A DNA stretch of 64,000 bases from Trichoplax adhaerens (lineage: Eukaryota > Animalia > Placozoa): assembly GCF_000150275.1 (NCBI RefSeq), contig NW_002060947.1, positions 8,216,043 through 8,280,042 of the forward strand, given 5' to 3'. The translations under genes were made by a program, and so were the position numbers. Below are positions 52,601-64,000 of the stretch, piece after piece. Under the pieces are notes generated by a model. That model had not been told where the DNA came from and did not search any database. It worked only from the letters and a program-made list of their open reading frames with translations. How positions within the stretch are numbered: position 1 is the stretch's first letter; each line of letters begins with the position of its first letter.

Positions 52601-54332
52601 AAATTTCTAAAATGAAATAGAATTAGTACCATTGCTACCAACTGCATTTACACTAATTTTAATTTCCATTCTAATTTGAAAACCATTAGCTATGTCAAAT
52701 TATTGACAGCTCTGGCTAATCAAGCCCCTCCAAATCATCCTGATCATAAGGAATTACCACTGCAAATTAAACAATTACAGCATGTTTTAAGCTTTATTGC
52801 AGAGGTGCAGCATCATCTTATAAACTTAGCTATAGTCAAATTATTTACAATCAATACTAAATTTAGTAATTACTTTTAATACAGGCAAGAGCTCGTGCAG
52901 AACGAGATAGAAAAATGATTGCATTACAAAAAAGAATTGAAAATTGCCCGGTACAATAATAATAATAATACTAGATTAGAAATTTTGTTCGGATAAATGA
53001 TTATAATTTTGAATGAGTAAGATTTTATTACTTTACCATCAATCTAGACCTTGATTGAAGGAAATAGACACTTTATTACTGAAGAATGTGTTACAAATTT
53101 GAAGTGTATACACGGTGATAAAGAAGATATTAAGCCAGAATCTAGGCAAGTTTTTGCAAAAATATGACTTTATTCTTGTACTTTTATCAGCTCGAAATGA
53201 TTTTCTTAACTGCTATTCTGCTTTAGGCTGTATTCACCTATCGAAGATCTTGGATTATTATTATTTAACGATGCTCTAGTAGTAACTCATCGAAAGTCGC
53301 GCTACTTTCCATTTATTCGAGCAGTTGAACAAACAGATAAGTAAGTGACTTTATTACTATCTTCTATTTATAAACTTATAAATGCATATTAATGGAGATA
53401 TCCGATAATGTATATGATGAATTTCATTTTAATTTATTTTCCATTAGCTATATCTTTTTTCTGTCTATGAATTAAGCTTTTATTTGTTCCTTTTGCAGAT
53501 TTTTCGTTTCTGTGGCATTAATTCGATTAACGGTTGATGATGTAGCCGATACAAAATGTAAATATTTTTTTTCTACATTCTAAGCAATAAGAACTAGCCA
53601 TTGCTAGACCATATATATTCAAGTCTAAATTTGGATTTAACGAAGCAATCATAATCTACCGATAGTTTTGCTAAGACTGAACTTGATTCCTGTAATAGTA
53701 CGCTAATTTTTCCTTATTTTAGCTAAGTTTACGATATATTGTAGTTAGATTGAGAACAGAGGGCTACAAAATTCGGGCTTTATACGTAAATACTTGAGAT
53801 ATTGAGGCATGATTTCCTAGCACATTATTTGATTGGAAGACTGTAAATATTCGATTACTGGATCATGTACATTTAAATCCAGATTTGAACATAAGGAAAC
53901 CATCATAGCCTAACTGCAATTTTGCTAATGCCCGAACACGGCTTCTGCAACAGTATGCTCATTGTCCTTTACTTCAGCTAAATTTACATTACATCTAACT
54001 TAGAGTGTTACAAAAAATCATGCTCTATCGTCTTGAGATGCTGACTTTAATTAAATATTGAATTAGTTACTGTATAATCATATAATTCCCTTTTCATGAA
54101 TGACAGAAACAAGGTAGTCTTCTTGTTACCTTAGTTACATGAACGTACATGAAATCGAAGTAAGCAATAAAGGATTACTATATTTTATATTCATATAGAT
54201 GCAAAAAATGTTTTCAAGATGTCAACGCCAAAACGAGAATGGATATGCCAAGCATCTTCACCTGAAGCAAAATGGCGATGGATATCTATATTAGAAAAAT
54301 CGATTGATAATGCAATAGAAGTTGAATCTTAA
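46669..54332 (+). CDS. ECT2L: ECT2L-like protein (F-box + DUF4347-like + RhoGEF DH + PH), ~29 exons
   Basis: N-terminal SAWTP..., LERVELVGHWFDMWSDVQRKRFL; F-box [35 protein letters not shown]; DH-like IVHELFSTELNYM, IGDIFRKF..KLKTYTNY, LLILPTNRI; PH-like LLLFNDALVV and C-terminal WICQA..KWRWISILE. Start at ATG 46669 or 46690; stop TAA 54330-54332. Confidence 0.9.
53146..53226 (+). other. GC-AG intron in ECT2L
   Basis: tctag|GCAAGT ... ctttAG|gctg joins PES-R-LYSPIEDLGLLLFND in frame; no in-frame GT donor is visible at that point. Confidence 0.7.
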
Positions 54333-54899
54333 CTGCTATTAAATACTAGAGCAGAATACTTATAAGTGTTGGATATGGTGATTCGGGAAGATAGATAATA
54401 CGAGTTACAGGAAATACTACAGCCATTCTTTCTTTCTGCTTATACAATTTCTAATACCATATTATAAATACTTTATTCGATGATAGGTTGCAGATAAGAG
54501 CAGCCAAAGACATAACTCGATTTTTGTAGACTAGATTGATTCTTGCGTATCTCCATCAATCTCCAGCCAATACAGCTATGTATATCTATATAAATTCAAG
54601 GTTTTAAAGAAAATTTTTCTGAAAATAATCGATTATAATTATTTAAAGGTAAAATTTTGTTTTACGGCAATAATGAAAGACTATTCTATAATGAGAATTA
54701 CTAACTTGCAATTAATTTAAAACAATTTATTAATTAATTAATTAATTATTGATACCTAAAGAACAGATATAGTATGAATTAGTTGAAATATGGAACGATA
54801 CGGGTCGACTTTATGATATCTTTACAAGATCTTAATGATTTACCGTTTTTTCAATTTCTTATATCTCTTTAACTTCGAGCTATCAATAAAAATACGCAT

Positions 54900-57800
54900 A
54901 ATTTATGGCATACTCATGGCAATAAGAATGTATCGTTAAAGCTGTTGTAATATATAATATATAATACAAACCAAAGAATAACTAGAATTAACCGACCTTG
55001 TATTACTACAAAATATAGGCATAGTGTGAGTAAACTATAATATGAGCTACACCAGTAATTAACCAACTAGAAGAGTTTTTAAATATTCATAGGATATTTG
55101 AATGGTTAAGTATTGACCATTCATCCAATTAGAATTTAATACCGTTCTAGTCTAATTTGTTTGGACTATTATTGTTCTATCCTCAGCAATATCTTGAATT
55201 TGCCAATCATCATGGAATGAAAAGAGCATTGTTATGACCATTTTATGTCAAATTTTAATAATCAATAATCTGGTTTTTAGTTGCGTGATTAAAGCATGCA
55301 TGATATGGATAGAAAAAATTCCCATTATCATTTTATCGAACAACCAAAGAGGTTAATAGGAATTAATAGTAGGATTGAAAAAATTGATCAGAAACATTAG
55401 CTATCATAATCTTTATACTCTTCAAATTCTCCATATCATGGCAAGTTGCTTTGAAGTAAAATCAAGTCATAAATACAATTATCAAATTGTCAATATCATA
55501 ATTGTTGGTCATTCTTTGAATGAAAAGATTAAAATCTTTTAGATTTCTGGGTAAGCAATTCGAATATATCTACTACAGAATATAGACATAGAGTCTCGAA
55601 TGGCGTGATACTATAAACGCGTGCATAATTCTTTCGGACTTGCCGATCAATAATACAATAGTTAAGATAATCGTAAAGGTTTGATAAAGTGATTTTAATG
55701 CTCTTGTTATATTCTATTTTAAAATAATCTAGTAAAACAGTATAAGTAAGGAATTGCATTATTATTTAATTATCCATATCAAAAATATTCCACTATCGAA
55801 TAGCAAGACTATATGAATTTCTTACGGGCTAGCTAATCAAAATTGTAGAATCTGCGGTAATTGGAAAGATTATCCAGATTTTCAAGATTTTTGAATTCTA
55901 CATACTATTGTACGCTGATTTCAAATAAAATCAAGTCATTTACACCACTACTAATGGCCAATATCTTAAATATCAATCAATGAGCTTGAAGACGGAAAAC
56001 CTTATAGATCTTTAAAATTCGATCCATGTACATGTTACGTTACATATGCTTTCAATAATATTCTTGACAGTGGCGTGATATAAGCTCGTGCGTAGTTCTT
56101 CTAGGCTTGTCAATCAATAATTAATAAAACAGTAAGGATAATCGAAAAGAAAAGATGAGATGTAATTTTAATGGACATGCAGCTTTCATCTTTTTAAAAG
56201 CTGATGAAAAGTAAAATCAATGTATTATATAATTGTGTGACTATCTATATCCAAAAATATGCCAGCCTATTACTGAATTGCAAAGTAGAGAATCCTACAG
56301 TCTTTATAAAAGCAAACATGAAAATGTGATTTTTGGAAGCGTAATTAAAACGTTCCTAATTGTATTGACTTTACCATTCGACAAGGACTACATTGTCTAA
56401 GATAATCAATAAGATGTAATGACATTGATTTTTATACACTCCTAATTATCGGTTTTACTTGAGCCTATTTCTACTAGAATTACAGAATCCGCACACTCGC
56501 TTAAATGTTTATATCAGGAGATGTTCGGTGTCGATAAAAAAGCAAAAGGCAGAAGAGCTTTTGCACCAAGATAGCAATTAAAAGCAATAGATGCACATAA
56601 GCTGCAGAATATAGCCCCTAGAGTGATTAAATTGTGTAGATTTTAGACATAATTATCATAATATTATGTTTAGAATAATCAAAAGGATCTGATAGAATGA
56701 TTTTGAAGCACTAGGACTTTTCTTGCTGCTATCTATTGCAAGTCGAGTTTTAACTAAAATTTCAGGATAAACCACGTACATTTGCGGCAATCATCGTAAG
56801 GTTACTGAACCGCTATATACAAGCTCATAAGATAGATCTCCTTGCGTATAACCAGGTAGGCTGTTCATTCGGTTTAAAATCTGGTTAATTAAGATTATGA
56901 ATTGTGAGCTAGAGCAGACAGCAGCGATTCATTGATACTAATCTCAGGAATTGACTTTTAAATGAAAGGAGTTCTTTCTAAGGTATATTTAAGACCGAAA
57001 CCAAGCTAGTCAGCTATCCAGTTACGGATAGACATTGTTAATTTATTTAAGAATTTTACCTCTCCGCTATATAGTAGGAGAGCTCGAGAAAACTTGCAGT
57101 TTTACTTTTTTATATCAAATTATTAGTACTTTTGCGACAATTGGATAAATGATTAAACACGGTATGATATCTCTTAATAAACTGGTATCATCAAAGTTAA
57201 CGGATGTTAACCGTATTGATATAGTTATAAATTAATCAATTATTCAATCGTGATTTCGAATTTATTCATCCTTGGCTAGTCCGAAAGGATGAGATTGCTT
57301 GTAAAAATTATTAATATTGATCCAATTGGTATTTATTATTAGGTACGATCAAATTAAAATTCTTTACTAATCATCATTAAATCGTGTAAACTAAGCTTTG
57401 GTTTGTGCATAGATCAAGATTAAAATTTATCGCTAATGTCCTATAAAATGATAGAGAGATTGTTTAAGTTTTAATAATACTATTAGATCAGTATCCTATA
57501 GTATAATGAATACCTAACTATGCCATCTTGCCTAAACGCTAGCTAAGGTTCCAATCAGTGTAAATCACTTGTCTAGCAGAAGCAGATCTCTTGCCACTGT
57601 AGTTTGGATACTGCCTCTTTCATTAGAGTATCGGTTAAATATTAGCGAAACGTTAAGGCAAAATACTGCCAAATCACTTAAGTATTCCACCTGGTGATAT
57701 AATATCATTGAATATGGAGGCGTCTCTTTGAATGAATATGGTTGCCATTGAGATATTTATTATTAATCATGTTGAATTGGGTATTGTTCTTTTTCAATCT

Positions 57801-58200
57801 CAAATTACTGAAGCATGAAGTCTATAGTATTATGTACTTAAAAGTATAATAGCCGAAATTGGCAACAGATGGTAATTAAGAGTAAAGAGATTGTGAAAGA
57901 AATACTTCAATGGTTAGAATATCGAATTCAGGAAGTGATGAAAAGGATACCTAAATAATTAATTAAAATATTGTCATAAATAAATAACATACAACACCTA
58001 CTCGGTCAAAGGCTATTTAATTTTAATAAATATACAACTGCAGATTACCTTTAATCGATTTAGATTTGATCGACCCTGTTTAATTACTGCGTTGAAGTAG
58101 ATATTAGAGAGCTGTCGAAAAAACAGGATTCTGAACATTACAGTTTTCAAAATTTCGAGAGTCGTTTCATCCGAAATTCTGGTAGCAAACATTCATGATA
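54900..58200 (+). pseudogene. Possible deeply decayed NACHT-LRR (NLR-like) remnant
   Basis: Fragmentary motifs in NACHT order plus RI-like LRR fragments ('ISETLRQNTAKSLKYSTW*YNIIEYGG', 'LLELQNPHTRL'). Many stops and frameshifts; assessed by eye only. Confidence 0.25.
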
Positions 58201-59215
58201 TTGATTGCTTTTAGGTAAAATTGATTCTTGAAAATAAGCTTATTGTAATAATATGGACAACAAACTTTTATAACCTTATTAGAATTGATAAAATATTTGA
58301 TCAGAAATGTACCGTACAGGATCGTGGTAGGAAATAAAGCTAATCGATAAATTAATTTTATTGCCAGGCACATTGGAAAATTCGCTGCTTAATACATTAA
58401 ACATCAGTCTTTTTTGCCTAATCAATTACTCATTCACCATTTGTCAAATTGGTAATTTTATAAAATTTTTGATAAAATTTATACCTAGTATAGGCAAAAA
58501 CAAATTGGAAGACTGATTTGAAAACTTAAAGTGACTTTATTCTAGAACGAAGCTGTTAACAATATTGATCACTATCAGGTAAACTTATTCAAGCTATTTC
58601 TAACGAAATAAAAATTAGCATGCTAATTTTCAAAAGAAATAAGAGTAGTAAATTAATTGGTCGATTTGTTAAAAATAAACCATCCGAAATAAAATTATTT
58701 CTAGTGCGTAAATTTAATCTAATTTTTTAATGTAGATACAACTGGTGAAAGGTAAAAACAAATTGGTTGGATGCGCGTACTTGCTCGCAATATTTAGTTA
58801 TTTCCAATAGTTCTAATTTCCTTCAAAGAAACGGTTGATGAAATCTGATTTCCAGGTAGGATATGTGTTCTATATTTAAAAAGGAATTAAGTTTGCGGCT
58901 CAGACTTCAAAGAAATTTTAAAAGAAAAGTAAATTCACTAGTAGATATGTACTAAAATAAACTTCTTCCGAAAAGAATCTAATTTCTATAGCGGATGCCA
59001 TCTACTCTTTCTAGCTATAGTCGTTGCGGAATATTGGAAAGAAATCAATTTAGCAACGTGATATATTGGAAAGTGTCTATAAAAGAGCCGTTAAACAGAT
59101 TTAACCTCTTAACGAAACTTCTTTCAACAAAAATCTGATCCCAACTACTTAAATATCTTCTTATTTGTGCTGTTTGCACTGATTTATTCCCATCCAAAGC
59201 TAGAGCGAATAAAAT

Positions 59216-60412
59216 ATGCTGAAATATCATTTACCTCATTGCTTGAGTGGTTTTATGCTTCTGGATAAGGAGCTCCATGAAAATGTTAGCACTGCCTACC
59301 TGATCCATTTTTTTATTCTGATTAGTTTGGCTTTAGTCGGAGTAATTGCGGATACTATCTTTGTATTTGAACTCATCCGAGACAATAATCGATATCTTGA
59401 GATTTTAACCCTTTTAAATCAATCCAATGTCCTACAACCCTTTGATAAATCTCTTACCTGCAATCAGACCATCAACTACCAGACTTTCCATGATGATTAT
59501 TTGAGTTATAATTATTCCACTATCATTTATTTAATCCTTTATACGCTAGGATTAGTGGTTGCGTTTGTTTTTATTTGCAACATCATCTTGTGGACAGTCT
59601 TGAAATATCATAAACAAACACCGTTACTATTTCGCTATGTTAATAGCTTGGCAGCATTTGTGTTAGCCTTCCATCAGAATATACCACAAGTGATATTTTT
59701 ATTCGCCATTATTGGCTTACGCCATAGTCCACAAGGTTTATATTGTGCTGAGTGCTTATTAACAAGGCAATGTGTTCAATCCGATGCTTCTATCCTGACG
59801 AGAAGTTATGGAGGTACTGCGCGCTTTCTATCCATCATGATTTATGCAATCTATTACGGAGCCATAGAATTAAATAGTCATGTTGGTAAAACCAAAAGCG
59901 AATCTTCGGATAAAACCATTTTCCAAGAAAGTTCAGTTTCGAAACATTGGCTTACTGTACAGCAGAAATTTTATTACCTACCAGTAGCAATTATTTATAC
60001 CTTGGCCTATATCTTACATAAAATTTTGCATTTCCCCGTGGCGGAATTTGAATCCAATGGGCGTTGTCCACATGGCCTCGAATTCCTTCGTGGATCATTT
60101 TGGGCATCTTTTACTGCTACTGGAACCGCAATACTTGCTATTAAAGCCAATCTAGAAAATTTAGCAGGTTCTTTATTTCCAGTAGAAGATTTAGGCAAGA
60201 TGGAAACGATCACAACGGTGATCATCATCATTCTTGCATACTTTATTACTATTGCTATCATTACGGTAGTTATGGTTATCAAATCTCAAATGAAATCAGG
60301 ACAGACTTACTTTACTGCAGCAATGATTCTGTTGCTGTTTTTCCTAACTGCCCCATTATTGCTGATTATGGCCATAGTTCATCTACTTAAAGAGCTGATA
60401 GGAAAATATTAG
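59216..60412 (+). CDS. Multi-pass membrane protein of unknown function, 398 aa, intronless
   Basis: About 7-8 hydrophobic segments, N-glycosylation sequons in the first loop (NQS, NQT, NYS), a QNIPQ motif resembling the ExxPQ of XK-related-like folds, and a CxxCxxxxxC cluster. Confidence 0.75.
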   Translation: MLKYHLPHCLSGFMLLDKELHENVSTAYLIHFFILISLALVGVIADTIFVFELIRDNNRYLEILTLLNQSNVLQPFDKSLTCNQTINYQTFHDDYLSYNYSTIIYLILYTLGLVVAFVFICNIILWTVLKYHKQTPLLFRYVNSLAAFVLAFHQNIPQVIFLFAIIGLRHSPQGLYCAECLLTRQCVQSDASILTRSYGGTARFLSIMIYAIYYGAIELNSHVGKTKSESSDKTIFQESSVSKHWLTVQQKFYYLPVAIIYTLAYILHKILHFPVAEFESNGRCPHGLEFLRGSFWASFTATGTAILAIKANLENLAGSLFPVEDLGKMETITTVIIIILAYFITIAIITVVMVIKSQMKSGQTYFTAAMILLLFFLTAPLLLIMAIVHLLKELIGKY

Positions 60413-61215
60413 AGTGAATAAAACGAATTTCTTTACATTCAGGAAACAAGGCAAAGTTATTTTGCTGCTGGTATGATTCGCTTGACAGGATTATTACGAT
60501 AGTCTTCCGTTTCTGATGATGATAGTTGTACCTCATATTTCACCGCTTTCAAGAGCTGATAGGAAAACACTAAAGTAGATGAAAAAAATTTCTTTTCTTT
60601 TAGAGAATAGGGCAAAATTATAGCACTGCTGTGATTTAATTAACTAAATCGTTACCGTAGTCTTCCATTCCTGCTAATGATAGTTGTACGTATTGCTCCA
60701 TTAGCAAGAGCTGATAGTAAAATACTAGAGTGGATGAAATGAATATTTTTCTCTTCCGGAATCAAGGTATAATTATTTCACTGCTGTTGTCAATCAATTA
60801 ACTTAATCATCACGGTAGTCTTCCATTCCTACTGATTATAATTATAATTATACCTATTTGCTCCATCTTTAAGAGCTGATAGTAAAATAATAGAGTAGAC
60901 GAAAATGAATGCATTTGCCCTCTAGATTTACGACGGAGTTATTTTAATGCTTGTGAGATTTAGATATTTTAATCATTCCTTTCATATTTCTGTTAAGGAC
61001 AGTTCTATCCTGTCGGCTTTAAGAGCTGACAGGAAATAACTAGAGTAAATAAGAATGAATCTTGACCTTCTTAAATCAAGACAATATTAACTTAATGTTT
61101 GTGTGATTGAATTACTTTCATAGCTACTCTTCCATTTCTGCTTGTGAAGGTTCTATTTTTGCCAACTTCAAGACATAAAATGAAAATACTACTGTGGATG
61201 AAAATGATTTCTTCC
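60290..61215 (+). repeat. Degenerate ~155-bp tandem array, ~6 units, the first unit being the 3' end of the membrane ORF
   Basis: Anchor aagagctga at 60390, 60551, 60706, 60871 and 61021, and degenerate at 61170. Confidence 0.88.
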
Positions 61216-62579
61216 TTATTAAGCTGGCTAGCTAATCATACTTGATATGTATTTATTTCTTAAAGTATTCGATAATAATGTACTGCGTATTACTTGACAG
61301 CAGATATGGACATTGAACTTGTTAAAATAAAGAAGACATTACAGCTTACTTGCCAATCATTATTGGCTACTGCATTAACGAACCACCGTCCCTGCAATGG
61401 TGTCCCTGCAGTCTCTCAATAAATCCACTTTTTTTTTTCTAATTTATTACTATAGTTAGTACTTTTCAATACGAAATAATTGGTTATTATTGTGCCATTC
61501 TGTCCATAAATGAAGCATCTGCTCAGGAATCTATAATTCCCTATCTCTGAGACTGGATAGTAAAAGTAATACCCTATGAGATCCTATTATATCTATATCG
61601 TGGCGAGATAAATGAGACTTTGGTTTCTTGTTCAATTCCTCTTTATTGCATCAATCCATTCTTCTGCTATAAATTGTCTTTATCTACTTTTTCACTGCAA
61701 TAATGCTACCGGCTAACAATCTAATCTACGCCATCATCTATTTTTGTAAGCTATTCTACAGCAGGATAAGGTATAAGATCGAAATTATGGATTAATTAAT
61801 TACTGACTAGAGATTAGACCTTTTCTTTTTCTACCAAGTCTAGTTTCATTTACTTCGATTCGTGTATTATTTCCCTTAGCAGTGGAATCGTAATAAATCT
61901 ACTAGCTGATGCTGTTATGAAGTAGTCAGTCGGTATCTCATTTATATCGAATAAAACAGAATAAACAGATACAGGACTCACTGTCAATAAGGATATGGAA
62001 ATTGTTTCGCTAAATTGTAAAGATAAATTATTAAGTTCTACCTTCTTCCTTCATGGAGTCTATTTACGTTACCTTTCCTACTCATCGTGCATTTTATTAA
62101 TGCTGTGTAGTGGGGTAGAAGCAAAGTGTAAAAGAATTGTTGATTTGTAGTTATTCAACAGCTGAAACAGTTCTTTGGATTTGCTTTGGATATCTAAGAA
62201 ATAAAAATTAGCTTGACTTGGATTACTACTAAACTATAACCTATTTCCTGTCCAAGTTAATGGACACTGTAAAGTACATCTATTTTCCTCATCATTCTAG
62301 TCAATAAAACGTAAAATTGAATACCAGCCAATTATATTAGTATTGTAGGCACATAACATAGTCATTCAATCAAAAATTGAGCTAATTCTATCTAATTCAT
62401 TTCAAATCTTCTCTCGTAATCTCATCGGCTAATAGTATTGAAATTTGATCAACATTAATGACAATTTAAACTGTATGCTATCTTTTACCGTAGGCTATTC
62501 GTATGTAATCCTTAATCAATCTTGCTAATACACATGGGATTGAACTCAGTAAATTTATATAAAATTAGCCTATTTGTAG

Positions 62580-63985
62580 AATCAAATAAATGTCTCCTAG
62601 CAATTTAAACTCCTTATAATTTCCATCTGGACTTCAATTTCAAATTCAATGATTCCTAATCTTCCATGCAGACATTGATGCACCTTTTTCCGCATTATAC
62701 AGCAGCTAATACAGTTGGGAAATGTTAGTAAAGTATGCCGGTGTAGCAGCAAATCTAACCCAACCATCACACTCAAATTGTGCACAATAAGGTAGCATTT
62801 ATCTCTACATTTTTCAGCGTTTCCTTTCTATTTAGCAACTTTCTAGTTGGATAATAATGTAGAGTTTCGTATCTGAACATTAATTTCCAATTTAATGGTC
62901 TCTCATCTTGAACACAGACTTTGATGCATCCCTTTCTATATTATATAGTTAATAGAGATGGAAATAAAATGTCTGCTAATAATTTAAACATTCTATGAGG
63001 CATATCTGAAGCTCGATCTCTAATTCGATGCTCCCTAACTTTCCACATAGACATTGATGCCTTTCTTTCCATAAGATACTTGCATAGTTAATATAGTTGG
63101 AAAAAGTTAGTAAAGTGAGCTATCTTAGTAGCATCCACAGTCTCTAATTATGAAGCTTAAATATGTACAAAAGGACAGTATTTAACTCTAGATTAATCCG
63201 TGTTTTCTTCTCGCTTTAGTAGCTATTTAGTTGCATAGCAATGCAGACTATACTATCTAGATTTCAATCTCCAATTCAACAGTCCCTCATCTTCCACACA
63301 GACTTTGATGCATCTCTTCTCGCGCTATAGAGTTAGAGTAGGTGAAAATAAATATCTCTCAGTACTTTAAACTTTATGAAAAGCGTATCAGGGCTTTAAT
63401 TTCTAACTCTATGGTCTGTAATCTTATAATCAGACTTTGATGCATCCCTTTCCGTACTATACAGATTGATAATGGTAGCAAAGTCTGCTTGCTTAGCAAC
63501 AAATCGATCCAACCATCAATCTCCAGTGGTGCACAATAGGATAGCATCTGCCACTAGATTAGTCAATATTTCTTTTCTCTTCAGCAGGAAATCTGCTTTA
63601 ATAATAATGTAGATTTTCGCACCTTGTCTTCAATCTCCAACTTAATGGTTCCTCGTCTTCCATACAGACTTTGATACATCCCTATCCGTAGTATCTAGTT
63701 AAAATAGATAAATAAATACCTACCACTTCTTTAATCTTTCTACATAACGTATCTAGACTTCAATCTCGAACTCAAAGGTCCCTAATCTATTACACAGACA
63801 TTAATGCATCCGTTTCAGCATTGTACAGATAGAAAATAGTAGTAAAGTCTGCTGGCTTAACAACAAATAGATCTAACCATCAAGCTCCAGTTGAGCACAA
63901 TAGGACAGTATTTACCTCAAGGTTAGTCAGCGTTTCTTTTCTTTTCAGCAGCAATCTGGTTGGATAATAATATAGTCTTAGAGTT
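62580..63985. repeat. Composite degenerate tandem repeat (~365-385 bp = ~245 + ~132 bp subunits), ~3.5 copies, reaching the window end
   Basis: Anchor cagac(t/a)ttgatgcatc-like at 62669, 62915, 63048, 63299, 63431, 63665 and 63795 (alternating spacings 246/133/251/132/234/130). Confidence 0.88.
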
Positions 63986-64000
63986 TGCTATAGGCTAGTA

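Noticed and set aside
60390-61215. CRISPR-like or regularly interspaced array
   Set aside because: Similarity extends through the whole unit with no unique spacers, there are no cas genes, and the context is eukaryotic. The same applies to the other tandem arrays.
11340-61215. Common origin of the 162-bp array (minus strand) and the 155-bp array (tttaagggctaat vs tttaagagctgat)
   Set aside because: Only short matches in AT-rich DNA; not demonstrable without an alignment statistic.
61300-62560. Possible decayed minus-strand coding sequence
   Set aside because: Short open stretches only, with no motif I could recognise.

Overview
AT-rich eukaryotic (animal) genomic DNA with short spliceosomal introns and one 50-N scaffold gap. 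Gene content and style suggest a basal metazoan, probably a placozoan such as Trichoplax (inference only). Left to right: two decayed paralogous segments that read like F-box/LRR pseudogenes; an intronless 1674-aa protein with 35 tandem 42-aa TPR repeats and a 504-nt higher-order repeat; four tandem mitochondrial-clan cytochrome P450 genes (two intact, one wrecked pseudogene, one intact except for a single TAG at a Trp codon); a SYNCRIP/hnRNP R-A1CF-family triple-RRM gene; an intronless class-2 lipase and its pseudogene; an atypical Rab5-like GTPase with a U12-type AT-AA intron; ECT2L with an RFX X-box upstream; a possible NACHT-LRR fossil ahead of an intact multi-pass membrane ORF whose 3' end seeds a ~155-bp tandem array; and several other degenerate tandem arrays. 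All exon structures were derived by eye from splice signals and frame/paralog consistency. No database searches were run.
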